Shown: positions 39,638 through 49,897, counted from the stretch's first letter. The stretch: 64,000 nucleotides of DNA from Candidatus Thorarchaeota archaeon (GCA_003345545.1 PRDH01000076.1:37784-101783); one strand, 5' to 3'. Numbers and translations are program-made. Notes: generated by a model from the letters alone, not told the origin.

Positions 39638-40129
39638 ATGAGAGGAATTCGAAGAAAAGAGAAGGCGATTGAAAGCGACGAGGAAATGATGACAATTCTT
39701 GAGAGGGCAAAATATGTGACTATTGCAATGTGCCAGGATAACGAACCATATCTAGTGACGCTAAGCCATGGATTCGACCGAGAAAAACATTGCATCTATT
39801 TCCACTGTGCTCACGAAGGAAAGAAGATTGACATTCTCAATGCGAATAATACGGTATGGGGGCAGGCTATTGATGACAAGGGATACGTTGAAGGTGCTTG
39901 TGATCACCTCTGGGCTACAACGCAGTTCAGGGGCACGGTAAGCTTCATCAAGAATGCGGCAGAAAAGAAACATGCGCTCCGCATCATGATTCATCAGCTT
40001 GAACCGAACCCCAAGAAGGTAATTGAGACCCAGATCACTGCAAAGTCGCTGAAACGCGTCAACATCGGACGAATCGACATTGACTACATGAGTGGCAAGA
40101 GATCAAAAGAGGTCATCATTTCTGTCTAA
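39638..40129 (+). CDS. Pyridoxamine 5'-phosphate oxidase family / NimA-like flavin-binding protein
   Basis: RRKEK, PYLVTL, IYFHCAHEGKKID, MSGK. Confidence 0.85.
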   Translation: MRGIRRKEKAIESDEEMMTILERAKYVTIAMCQDNEPYLVTLSHGFDREKHCIYFHCAHEGKKIDILNANNTVWGQAIDDKGYVEGACDHLWATTQFRGTVSFIKNAAEKKHALRIMIHQLEPNPKKVIETQITAKSLKRVNIGRIDIDYMSGKRSKEVIISV

Positions 40130-40523
40130 TACTTGACAGACTGCGCAATACCGTCATTGCTTCACGGACTCTATCCAGGGGAACGAATAGATGATCATGA
40201 TAGACTGCAGACACAGCATTCACACTGATTGATGCCTTTGCTAGTTCTTTTGTCACAGCGGCAAGAAATCCTACTGCGGAGAGCGGCGAATGAACAGAGA
40301 GAGTTATGAAACCCCAAACGCCTTCGTAGAGGAGGGATCTGGCATCAGCAACCTCTTTTCTCAGGATGACAGTGACAGCCTCCTTCTCGCGAAATACAAG
40401 GATAGGACTGTCAGATAGTTCCTGTAGAGTATGTTCATCTACGCATGCAAAGACATACTCTCCTGGATTGATTTGGGGAGTCATATTCGCAAGCAGGAAA
40501 TCCAGATTCTTTGACGCGGGCAT
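40116..40523 (-). CDS. ACT-domain protein (DUF2241-like)
   Basis: GEYVF, FREKEAVT, ITLSVHSPLSAVG, HDHLFVP. Confidence 0.85.
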   Translation of the reverse strand: MPASKNLDFLLANMTPQINPGEYVFACVDEHTLQELSDSPILVFREKEAVTVILRKEVADARSLLYEGVWGFITLSVHSPLSAVGFLAAVTKELAKASISVNAVSAVYHDHLFVPLDRVREAMTVLRSLSSIRQK

Positions 40524-40529
40524 AATGAG

Positions 40530-41045
40530 TCACTTGGATTTATTCCCGAATGTTTCCCATGACACAATCTCGTCAAGAGGGTAGCGTGAACTGGTACGCT
40601 CCTCGTCCCCATATCCTACTGCAACTGAGCAGATGACCCTTAGCTCATCTGGAATTTTGAGTATCTTTCTGAATGCGGGTTCTATAGCTGTATCACGAAC
40701 GCCCATCCAGCATGTACTGATTCCTAGATTGTATGCGGCAAGCAGCATGTTTTGAACAGCATTATGAGGGTCTGCAAGACAATACCTCGGATCCTTTTGT
40801 GGATCTCCAAGCACAACAATCACAGCTGGTGATTCCTTCATGAATCGCCCATGGGCATGAGCATCAGCCAGCCTTCCTCGGAGGTTGGGGTCCCGGACCA
40901 CAATAAAATGCCAAGGCTGCTTGTTCGCCGAAGATGGTGCCCATCTACCGGCTTGAAGAATGATACTTAGGCTCTCTTCGCTAACCTCTTTCGACTTGTA
41001 CTTTCGAATACTCCTTCGTTCTCTGATTGCTTTGATGACATCCAT
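40530..41045 (-). CDS. Nitroreductase family protein
   Basis: RRSIRKY, APSSANKQPW, QNMLLAA..LGISTCW. Confidence 0.92.
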   Translation of the reverse strand: MDVIKAIRERRSIRKYKSKEVSEESLSIILQAGRWAPSSANKQPWHFIVVRDPNLRGRLADAHAHGRFMKESPAVIVVLGDPQKDPRYCLADPHNAVQNMLLAAYNLGISTCWMGVRDTAIEPAFRKILKIPDELRVICSVAVGYGDEERTSSRYPLDEIVSWETFGNKSK

Positions 41046-41179
41046 CGTGGTTCACCGTTCTTGAGCGCTTAACATCATGAGGAACGCACTACTTCAAACC
41101 ATCGGAAAGCCAGAATCGCAAACCTAAAAGGCGCAACGAAGCTGCGGGCGCCATCTAACCTCTTGCGGAGTGGACAGAG

Positions 41180-42616
41180 ATTCTAAGGACCCAGCGAAAA
41201 GAACTGACCAGTGTCGGTATCGACATAGGATCCTCAACATCTCACATCGTGTTCAGCAGAATTGTGCTAGAGAAGAATACAAAATCCACTACCGAGAAAT
41301 TCGAGATTGTCGACAGGAATATACTCTATTCGGGCCCAATTCATCTGACTCCATTCAAGGATGCACAGAATATCGACTACTCCAGACTCAGAGACCTTTT
41401 ACTTGATGACTATCGCGCAGCCAAGATTGCCACGTCTGATATCGATACTGGAGCAGTCATCGTTACCGGCGAGACTGCAAAGAAAAACAATGCAGAGTGG
41501 ATGGTCAATGCGCTAGCAGGAGAGTCTGGCAAGTTCGTTGCTGCTACCGCAGGCCCCAATTTTGAAGCAGTCCTGGCGGCACATGGATCCGGAGCAGTTG
41601 CAAGGTCGATGGCAACTGGAAAGACAATCATGAATGTTGATGTAGGAGGTGGCTCCTCCAAAATCGCAGTCTGCAAAGACGGGAGAGTACTCGCAACTGC
41701 AGCGATAAATGTTGGAGGGCGACTTTATGCCACCGATGAGTCGGGCATCATCGTTCGGCTGGAGGAGATGGGAAGGAAGCTCGCGTCACTCATAGGCATC
41801 GATCTTGAAATCGGACAGACATTGACTCCAGCGAATAGGCACAAGATCGCAAACGAATTGGCGGAAGCGCTTGTCGAAGCACTACAGGGGAAGAGCATGC
41901 TGAAAAGCACTCAGCTCTTGATGATGACTCCTCCACTTCAGTTGAATGAACACATCGACCTCATTACATTCTCGGGCGGAGTTGCTGAATACATCTACAA
42001 GACAGAGAAAGAGTATTTCAACGATTTGGGCGCCGACCTCGCCAAGTCAATAGCGAAGAAGTCGCGTCCGCTAGGATTGCCCATTGAGATGCCAGACCAA
42101 AGAATTCGAGCGACTGTCATCGGGGCAGGAAGTTTCAGCCTTCAGGTCAGCGGGTCCACGACATTTCTATCATCAGGACTTGCTTACCCTATCAGAAATG
42201 TTCCAGTGTTGGTGCCATATACGCCCAAGAGAAAGGCATCTGCTGCAGATATCGAGGGTGCCATTTCGAGTGCCCTTCGAAGATTCGACCTCAGTGAGGG
42301 TGAAGACAGAATGATCCTATCGTTCAATGATGCCGTAAGACCCTCATATGAGAATCTTGCAGAGTTTGCTAGAGGTGTGGTCGCGGCTCTTCCGACGACC
42401 ATATCCAAAAATCTGCCAATACTGATGTGCTTTGATACCGATATCGGAAACAGCGTTGGCAATATCATGCGCCGTGAAACAAGCATAACGAACAAGATAC
42501 TGTCTATTGATGAGATAGCCCTGAGAGAAGGAGACTTCATTGATATCGGAGCACCCATAATCGAGGATGTCGTGGTCCCAGTTGTTGTAAAGACTCTCGT
42601 ATTCAATGCTGAGTGA
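41180..42616 (+). CDS. eutA: Ethanolamine ammonia-lyase reactivating factor EutA-like ATPase (start uncertain)
   Basis: TSVGIDIGSSTSH in frame upstream of the ORF-track start; GAVIVTGETA, AGPNFEAVLAAHGSGA, DVGGG, IRATVIGAG, VPVVVKTL. Confidence 0.85.
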   Translation: MLRTQRKELTSVGIDIGSSTSHIVFSRIVLEKNTKSTTEKFEIVDRNILYSGPIHLTPFKDAQNIDYSRLRDLLLDDYRAAKIATSDIDTGAVIVTGETAKKNNAEWMVNALAGESGKFVAATAGPNFEAVLAAHGSGAVARSMATGKTIMNVDVGGGSSKIAVCKDGRVLATAAINVGGRLYATDESGIIVRLEEMGRKLASLIGIDLEIGQTLTPANRHKIANELAEALVEALQGKSMLKSTQLLMMTPPLQLNEHIDLITFSGGVAEYIYKTEKEYFNDLGADLAKSIAKKSRPLGLPIEMPDQRIRATVIGAGSFSLQVSGSTTFLSSGLAYPIRNVPVLVPYTPKRKASAADIEGAISSALRRFDLSEGEDRMILSFNDAVRPSYENLAEFARGVVAALPTTISKNLPILMCFDTDIGNSVGNIMRRETSITNKILSIDEIALREGDFIDIGAPIIEDVVVPVVVKTLVFNAE

Positions 42617-42682
42617 ATACGAGGCATTGGTACTCATATTTACGGCCCTTTGAAGGCTGGAATACCTCAGCACTCGCGTAGG

Positions 42683-43885
42683 TCACTCGACATTCGGTCT
42701 TCTGGAATCGTCGTTGTGTCGTCTTTTTCGAAGATGAGACACCATCATGTAGGTCAAGGGCACTGTGATTATCTCATCTTCAAGGTGACTCGGTTGCTCA
42801 GAGACAGACGCTACTCCTCGTCCTTTCCCTTCTTTCTCAAACCACATTCTGGCCTCAACATCCTTCCATATCTGATTCGCGACAGGTACAACGGATCTAT
42901 GAAGTCTAGTAACCAGCATTCCAACAACTACGAGGCACGGAACAGGAAAACCGCCATACGTGAAGGTAGACCAAGGATAGATAACGCCTTGCATCACCGT
43001 GAAGGCAATCACCGGAAAGATATCGGCAAGAATTCCCAGGTATAGCAGCCTCCGATAGTTGATTTCATGCTTGAGATAGCGGTAGATGTCCCGAACAAAT
43101 ACGAACCTCAAAGAGCTAAGAATGCCAAGTATCGGCAAAGAAAAGAGGGGGACAACCAAACCATAGATAAACATCGGATAATACTCAGCAAGAACGTTGC
43201 CGCCATAGCCGGCGTCCATTATATAGGCAAATGAGAATACCTCAAAGGTCCCGCCATAGTAATATGCATATGTCGGCACCACGAGATAGGGAAGAAAGTA
43301 AAGGCTCGCCCAAAGTATTGTAGCAAGAATCACTTCTCTTCCAATGCCTGACTTCGGATGCTTTTGCAGGGTTTCTGGTGGACTACTATGCATGTTTTCG
43401 GAAGATGCAATCAAGATAGCTTGACGCTGTATTATTGGAAGGACAATGAACGCACCAACTGCAATTGTCGGAAAGGCCTCAATATTCAGAAGAATCTCGT
43501 AGCTGTAATAGGCGGACGAACTGAGTATAGCTACTGCAATAGACGCAGCCACATAGACCATTATGCCAGAGACGACTAATGCAGCTGCTGCAAGCCTTCT
43601 AATGCTCCTATTTGCGGGAATCCTGGCTAGGCGATAGTTGAAAAGAATTGCTGGAAGGGCAAGCATGAAACCAATGGCCAAGTTCAGCCCAATACCATTG
43701 ACGATTGAAGCATACGCCACTGGCACTAATTCAAAAGGAAACACTGGATACCAAGAAGTGGAGAGCAATCCTCGGAATGGGAGATTGAGAAGATCATGCA
43801 AGCTTGTGATCTGGAACTGAAGTGGGAAAAGCATGACCAGTAGAGCCTTCAATAGAAGCCTAGACCATAATGGAAGCCGCTTCAA
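42683..43885 (-). CDS. Multi-pass membrane protein of unknown function (paralog of 47713-48843)
   Basis: About 9 TMs; N-terminal LKALLVMLFP, C-terminal EDEIITVPL. Confidence 0.65.
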   Translation of the reverse strand: MKRLPLWSRLLLKALLVMLFPLQFQITSLHDLLNLPFRGLLSTSWYPVFPFELVPVAYASIVNGIGLNLAIGFMLALPAILFNYRLARIPANRSIRRLAAAALVVSGIMVYVAASIAVAILSSSAYYSYEILLNIEAFPTIAVGAFIVLPIIQRQAILIASSENMHSSPPETLQKHPKSGIGREVILATILWASLYFLPYLVVPTYAYYYGGTFEVFSFAYIMDAGYGGNVLAEYYPMFIYGLVVPLFSLPILGILSSLRFVFVRDIYRYLKHEINYRRLLYLGILADIFPVIAFTVMQGVIYPWSTFTYGGFPVPCLVVVGMLVTRLHRSVVPVANQIWKDVEARMWFEKEGKGRGVASVSEQPSHLEDEIITVPLTYMMVSHLRKRRHNDDSRRPNVE

Positions 43886-44187
43886 TAGTCTCGTTGTGCT
43901 CGCCTATTGAATTATTAGCACCTTCCCTAATAAGAGTGACCAACCAAGAATCCATTGGTTGGGGATGTAGGGTCATGTGAGAAGGTCATTAGGGGTCAGA
44001 TAGTTGCCATTATCAAGAAGATTCATGGATGACCTCTTGGTGACAGTATCATTAGGTGAAAACACAATGACTACTTGACAGCCCTTCGGGATGAAATAAT
44101 CGTCTACCCCATCATAGGCATTTCAGAGATGGGAATTAAGGACTGGCATGACATCCTTGCTCCCATGCCCTCGAAAGACTGACTAGA

Positions 44188-46002
44188 TCAGCCTGATGTG
44201 AATAGCATCTTTGTGACTGCAGCTCGAAGATCATCTTCTGAAAGATAGCCGGAAAGCTGTTCTGGGCCCATATAGATAGTCGGCAGAGCCGGTAAGTCAC
44301 CCTCAGAAACGTCACTTAAGGGGTCATCAACGTTGATGGTCTTTATCGCATGGGCCGCGATACCCATTTCGGTCAGAACAGCAGTCAAGCTGGCTAGAAC
44401 TGGTCCACAGAAGACGCAGTGGTCTGATTTGTAGAAGATAATCTGTGGAACTGCCAGTACTTCCTTCCAAGCAGGAATTAGGACTATGAACCTTGAACCC
44501 TGAGTATAATCACCACGTACACGGTCTTCAACCCAAATCCTCCCACCCAGCTGTGAGATATAGCGTTCAACAACCGTGAGACTAAGACCCTTTCCTGCAA
44601 GCTGATCTCTAGACTCTTCTCCCCTTCTGAATATGTGTGCCTTCTCACCATCTGGTGTACCCGGTCCTCTATCTTCGAATTCGATCCTGACCATATCGTC
44701 TGTTTCAGTCATGTCTGCATGGATGTTCATAACGACTTTTTCACTTGTATCAGAACTTGCACAGTAGTGAATAATGTTGAAGAATATGTACCACATGAAT
44801 GCATGCCCTATTACATCAAAATTGATATCTGCGATGTTCGAGGATATCTGAAGAGATTTCCATTCAAAGTCCCTGAGCGCTTCTGTCACTGCTTTTTTGA
44901 AATGAGGAAGAAGTCGTGTCTGGGACTTCTCAGGTGGCGATTTGTCGAGCGATATCAAAACGCCAATATTGGCTATCATTCGTGCAGCATTTCTGAGGCT
45001 CCACGCAGTCTCGCTTATGAGTGACTTCAATCGCACGGGAAGGTCTAGGGAAATACTGAGGTCCTCCAAGGCGAAGAGAACGTTCTGATTTGTCATATTC
45101 AGGTCGCTTGTCATAACATCCAGGTAGAGACTTGCCCTCTCTCTCTCTTCCCGAAGATTCTGTTCCATGACTCGACGACGAGTTATGTCTGCAGCAGTCA
45201 ACGCAATCTCGATTGGTTTCTCAGGATCGGACGACAAGGTGCGAGCTGATACACTTGCCCAAAGACTCCTTCCATCCTTATTGCGAAACTCCATCTCAAG
45301 GTCCTTTACACTCTTGCCAAGCAACACTTCTCTTGTGATATCGGCACCAGGATTGTAGCCTGGTTTTGGCTCTGGGAGGAAAACAGAGAGGGGTTTTCCT
45401 ATCATCTCTTCAGCACTTGTCCTGAGCAACTCCTCAGCTGCGGCATTGACCTGCTCTATCACGCTATTTCGATTCAAAGTGAAATATGCTACAGGAGACA
45501 TATCATAGAGCGAGGCAAATCTATTCTCCAATTCAGTCACAGCAGATTCCAATGCTATTTGCTTCGAGATGTTCTTAATGCTCGCCAGAATCGCCGAATT
45601 TCCTTTCAGGGTGACTTGTGTGGGAGTGATCTCGACATAGAGAATGTGACCATGCTTTGACACGAGGCGGGTAGAGAACCTGGATATATCCTCGCCACTA
45701 ATCAACGAATCAATAAGCTCACGGTCATGCCGTCGAGAATGCTTGTCCACGATATCCTCGAATGCGACGTCGATAATCTCGCTGCCGTCATACTCTAGCA
45801 TATCAGCGAAAGCGGAGTTTGCCATCACAATGTCCTCATCTTGGATGACTATCATACCTTCATTGACAACATCTAGAACTCTCTGTATCCATTCAGTGTC
45901 TTGCTGTGCGGCGGACAACCTCAACACCTCGCGCTCTGAAGGATGCGCGTTGCTATTGATAAAGAAATGTTGCGAGTCTTCTTCGGGGTACTGTTGCTGC
46001 AA
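44188..46002 (-). CDS. PAS-PAS histidine pseudokinase with C-terminal thioredoxin-like (CxxC) domain
   Basis: H-box MTSDLNM (His replaced by Ser), NIIHYC, DRGPG, GKGLSL, FYKSDHCVFCGP. Confidence 0.8.
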   Translation of the reverse strand: MQQQYPEEDSQHFFINSNAHPSEREVLRLSAAQQDTEWIQRVLDVVNEGMIVIQDEDIVMANSAFADMLEYDGSEIIDVAFEDIVDKHSRRHDRELIDSLISGEDISRFSTRLVSKHGHILYVEITPTQVTLKGNSAILASIKNISKQIALESAVTELENRFASLYDMSPVAYFTLNRNSVIEQVNAAAEELLRTSAEEMIGKPLSVFLPEPKPGYNPGADITREVLLGKSVKDLEMEFRNKDGRSLWASVSARTLSSDPEKPIEIALTAADITRRRVMEQNLREERERASLYLDVMTSDLNMTNQNVLFALEDLSISLDLPVRLKSLISETAWSLRNAARMIANIGVLISLDKSPPEKSQTRLLPHFKKAVTEALRDFEWKSLQISSNIADINFDVIGHAFMWYIFFNIIHYCASSDTSEKVVMNIHADMTETDDMVRIEFEDRGPGTPDGEKAHIFRRGEESRDQLAGKGLSLTVVERYISQLGGRIWVEDRVRGDYTQGSRFIVLIPAWKEVLAVPQIIFYKSDHCVFCGPVLASLTAVLTEMGIAAHAIKTINVDDPLSDVSEGDLPALPTIYMGPEQLSGYLSEDDLRAAVTKMLFTSG

Positions 46003-46096
46003 AACATGCTACCTATCTCTTTTCGTTACCACTGATGGAGTAACCTGGCTCGAAGAATCCGTACTAGGACCCTTTTTTCGGGCCTCTTCACATTGC

Positions 46097-47392
46097 TTAC
46101 CTTTTCGCTTTGAAGATAAGTTCTCTCTGCCTTGGGGGACCAGCCAATTTGGCGTTGCTGATACTACGTAGCAGAACGAATAAAACAAAAGAGCTGACCA
46201 TCATTCCAGCACCTGCCACTCCCCAGACAACTCGCAAGCTGTCAGTTGTTTCCCAAATCATTGCGCCCAGAAATTGCCCTGCCATACCCACAACACCCAT
46301 CAGCAGGTCATAAGTCCCTAACGCGCGACCTTTCGTCTCCTCAGAAACCACAAGCACTATGATGCTTCTCTCCGCCCCGACCCATAGGACAAGAGGGAAT
46401 GCCCATGCGAAGTTGATGAGATACATCATCAAGGCGCCGCTACCAACAGCCCACCACAAGTAGACAGCTGCATTTCCGAACACGCCAGCAAGGAGCGCCA
46501 TCTTGAGATTGCGGTCTGCGATGATGCTCGCGGGATACATTATGACAGCTGCGGTCACTGAGAAGAAGCTCCAAGTCAATCCGTATGTTATCTCATCGAC
46601 ATTCCAAGGCCCAACGCAGAGATTCCCAAGATACTGAATTGATAGGGCCCAGAAGAAAGCGAAACCAATCATTCCCAGGGTTAGAAGCCAGTAATCGCGA
46701 CCAAGACTGCGAACAGGTATCTTGGGTCCCGAGCGTGCCTTCTTGCGGATATCTGAGCCAAGAGATTCTTTGATCAATAGAACTGACGAGAGGAAAGTGA
46801 CTATAGACACTACTGCGGCAAGGCGATGTAAGTCACCGGATTGATACCCAGCGTTCAGCAGGATAGATCCGACTAATGGACCGAGCGCATCAAAAAACCA
46901 GAGAGGCATCGTGACCATCATGAGCCTGCGCGCTGGATTATGTCCGTCATCAGAGGCGATCTCATCTGCTGGAATGGCACGTGCCATGAGTCGTGCAGTA
47001 CTCATTCCGAACCATACCAAGCTGAATTGAACAGCCACAAAAGGCCAAATCGGAATATAGGACATTGTGGCTAGACCAAAGGTCACAGGCAAGAAACCGA
47101 GAGCGACAGTCCACCGCCGGCCAATGAAGTCAGCAATGTAACCTGCGAAAACGCTGGCAATCAGACCTGCGAAAGTAGCGGCTGAAAAGACAATGCCCAT
47201 TTGCCAAGGCTGCAGAAACCTCTCTAGGAAGATACTGAACTCCCACTTCCAGAGGGCCAGCGAGAGCTGGGCAATTCCCATGACTAGAGCCAGTCTCCAG
47301 AGGTTATTGCTCAGGCCAAGGAATCCAGGTTTCTTGGTAGCAGGCTCTGGAGCTATCTCGTCATCTTCCGGTGACTCTTTGTCGATGGCCAT
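46097..47392 (-). CDS. MFS transporter
   Basis: GYIADFIGRRW motif A, 12 TMs, KGRALG. Confidence 0.9.
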   Translation of the reverse strand: MAIDKESPEDDEIAPEPATKKPGFLGLSNNLWRLALVMGIAQLSLALWKWEFSIFLERFLQPWQMGIVFSAATFAGLIASVFAGYIADFIGRRWTVALGFLPVTFGLATMSYIPIWPFVAVQFSLVWFGMSTARLMARAIPADEIASDDGHNPARRLMMVTMPLWFFDALGPLVGSILLNAGYQSGDLHRLAAVVSIVTFLSSVLLIKESLGSDIRKKARSGPKIPVRSLGRDYWLLTLGMIGFAFFWALSIQYLGNLCVGPWNVDEITYGLTWSFFSVTAAVIMYPASIIADRNLKMALLAGVFGNAAVYLWWAVGSGALMMYLINFAWAFPLVLWVGAERSIIVLVVSEETKGRALGTYDLLMGVVGMAGQFLGAMIWETTDSLRVVWGVAGAGMMVSSFVLFVLLRSISNAKLAGPPRQRELIFKAKR

Positions 47393-47712
47393 CTGTCTTT
47401 CTCAGCCTTGGCAGAAGTCATGATGGACCATCTTAAGTTCGTGCCGATGCGAACCAAAACGCAGAACGTGACATGAGGAAGGTAGAGGATAGCAAAGAAG
47501 GAGATTAGAAGCAATTCCTTGAATTCACGGTTCGAATGTTGGCAAGAATCTGCAGGTTCACGAATCGAAAAGACCAGTGTCTGCCGCTACAAACGTATTG
47601 GCAACTGCCGCGCCTACTGCTTACACCGTAGACGTAACCATTCAACCGAAATCTTCCGTCCAGCGGCAACCTTATCAATCTACAAGCAAAACAGCCAGAT
47701 GGAGAAACGGTC

Positions 47713-48843
47713 GTGAGGTTCGCAAAGAGCGGTGCGCTCGTCATACTCAAGACTCTAGTTGTACTATTCATCCCATACTCTTGGTACATCAGAACAGATC
47801 AGACAAGTCCCACGCAAGTCTACACGACGAATACGCTCGCTGGGACTTGGGGAGCATGGAGTCCCGGGGTCGGTTATGTGCCCTATTTCAACTACGAGCC
47901 CTCGCCTATTTGGGAACAGAGTCAGATTCTCTTTTCCCTATTGCTCATTCTACCCCTGATCACATTCGCACTCTTCTTTGGCAAAAGAGCGCTTGACAGA
48001 ACCTGCATCATGGCCGCAGCAGTGTCTGTTTTCCTATCTCTTATCGTCACCTACCTGCTAACACTGAATTTCTACTTTGATCCTTTCTATCTAGTTATGC
48101 CAAAGGTTGTTTCTCTGGCAACCTTTGTGTTCGTCTTTTGGCCACTTCTCAGGAGTTCATGGCCATCGCTTCACAGTGCCGATGAGCTTCAACAGAAGCA
48201 AGGTGGCTCGTCTGGACTACGTGGAATTCTGAATGAAATCGTTCCCATTAACACGTCAATTCTTGTATGGATAATCTTGGTCATATTTCCAGCTGTCTCA
48301 AATGTCTATATTTCATTTATTCCAGGAACGTTTCTACAGTATGACTTTTCGACTTCAGGCGGATTATCAGCAGTTACCTACTATTATGCATGGATTAATG
48401 GCGTCGGCCAGGTTTATCCCAGCATTCTTACAGACCTCCACTTTAGCACTGCCTCGGCAGCATCACCGACTGGACTATTATTCTGGACCCTCAATCTATG
48501 GCTAGGGGTCACGACATTACGATACGTTCTAGGGAAGTCTACGATAAGAACAGTTCGTATACTAGCCACAATAATAGTCCTAATCAATGCGATTCCAGCT
48601 GCATCTGTCCTCATGATGGGCATGGGACTTTACATCATTCCCTTGCCATTCTTTCCCATAGCAATGCTGCTCGTTGCTAAGTTTACACACGCACCAGATT
48701 CCGCAATCCCCATCACTGAGGATATGATAAGAGTCCCTCTGAGAACAAGAATCTCATCGATATTCCAACGAAAGGATGAACTCCATGAAGTGGCTGAGGC
48801 GGCAGATACTGACGACCAAACGCCCAAGACAGATGAAGAGTAG
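47713..48843 (+). CDS. Multi-pass membrane protein of unknown function
   Basis: About 8 TMs; N-terminal LKTLVVLFIP, C-terminal EDMIRVPL. Confidence 0.65.
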   Translation: MRFAKSGALVILKTLVVLFIPYSWYIRTDQTSPTQVYTTNTLAGTWGAWSPGVGYVPYFNYEPSPIWEQSQILFSLLLILPLITFALFFGKRALDRTCIMAAAVSVFLSLIVTYLLTLNFYFDPFYLVMPKVVSLATFVFVFWPLLRSSWPSLHSADELQQKQGGSSGLRGILNEIVPINTSILVWIILVIFPAVSNVYISFIPGTFLQYDFSTSGGLSAVTYYYAWINGVGQVYPSILTDLHFSTASAASPTGLLFWTLNLWLGVTTLRYVLGKSTIRTVRILATIIVLINAIPAASVLMMGMGLYIIPLPFFPIAMLLVAKFTHAPDSAIPITEDMIRVPLRTRISSIFQRKDELHEVAEAADTDDQTPKTDEE

Positions 48844-49000
48844 AGATTATATTCAGTCTGTCTGCGGTGTTCCGTCTAGTTAGTCTCCGAGACTAGGCCC
48901 GAACAGACTCATCGCTGTCGATCCGTCTGCCTTCTACGTATTTCAGCATTGATTATTACTCAAAAAGCAAACAAACATCACTTGTCCAAATGGAAAACAG

Positions 49001-49046
49001 AAAAAAAAGAAGATGCGACGAGCAGTCCAAGGGACTACTCGTGCAT
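49001..49046 (-). terminator. Hairpin plus U-tract terminator downstream of the RGG-tailed SSB gene
   Basis: Minus strand ATGCACGAGTAGTCC-CTT-GGACTGCTCGTCGCAT followed by CTTCTTTTTTTT. Confidence 0.7.
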
Positions 49047-49083
49047 TTGTTGGTAAAGAGTGTTAATCTACTTACAGGATGGA

Positions 49084-49668
49084 TTAGCGTCTTCGGCTTC
49101 CGCCGTATCCGCCACTACCGCCTCGTCGGTCACGACCACCATAGCCGCCACCGCCACCGCCACCGCGTCGGTCTCCACCGTAACCACCGCCACCGCCGCC
49201 TTCATAGCCGCCGCCACCGCCGCCACGACGATCTCCGCCATAGCCGCCGCCGCCACGACCACCGCCACCATAGCTTCTGCGTGGGCGATCGTCTTCGTGT
49301 TCCTCGGCACTCATATCGTTCTCAAGGTTGACCTCTTCGATTGGGGTCTCAGCTGGTGTGAGTTCACCATACTTTCCAACGTTGAGTCGTAGGTTACCTC
49401 TGAATAGACCAGTGTAACCGTTCTTGAGTGTGTATGTGTTTCCAGGTGTAACGTTTTCAATTGCATCGTCCCAGAGTGGAACTTGGACAGATCCTGTCGA
49501 GTCAGCTACTGTAACATCAGCAACTCTGTGGTTTTCTCCGTCGTTTCTGGAGGCAACCTCTCTAACCTCACCTGCTTCTACCACCTTGAAAGTGATGGTA
49601 ACATTCTTCATTCGTGGCTTCAACTCAGCCACTGTAGCCTCAATAGGCTCTCTTTCTTCGTATGTCAT
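49084..49668 (-). CDS. Single OB-fold ssDNA-binding protein (crenarchaeal SSB/RPA-like) with Gly/Arg/Tyr tail
   Basis: VAELKPRMKNVTITFKV, VADSTGSVQVPLWDD, NGYTGLFRGNLRLNVGKYG; start set at MTYEER. Confidence 0.9.
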   Translation of the reverse strand: MTYEEREPIEATVAELKPRMKNVTITFKVVEAGEVREVASRNDGENHRVADVTVADSTGSVQVPLWDDAIENVTPGNTYTLKNGYTGLFRGNLRLNVGKYGELTPAETPIEEVNLENDMSAEEHEDDRPRRSYGGGGRGGGGYGGDRRGGGGGGYEGGGGGGYGGDRRGGGGGGGYGGRDRRGGSGGYGGSRRR

Positions 49669-49897
49669 TTTGTATCTCTCGCAAATGCGATTATGCAAGT
49701 AGTTCAAAACTGGCGTGTTCTTCTGGGGATGTACGATGCGTGAAAAAAAACGTCGACAATTCCTATGTAAGAAAGCGCTCCTCGCTTGGCAGTACCTGCA
49801 GGTTTTTGTGGATAACGTGTGCTTAAGAACTTGTTCACACTGGCCTTTTATCGTCGAACCGGAGTGTATTTCATTCAAACCTGTGCCTGCATAGTAT

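Noticed and set aside
43886-44187. 300-bp intergenic region with a CCAACCAA/TTGGTTGG hairpin as an ncRNA
   Set aside because: A single short stem with no recognisable RNA family features
48990-49392. His/Arg-rich and Ala/Thr-rich ORFs over GCC/ACC repeats
   Set aside because: Alternative-frame products of the Gly-rich SSB tail
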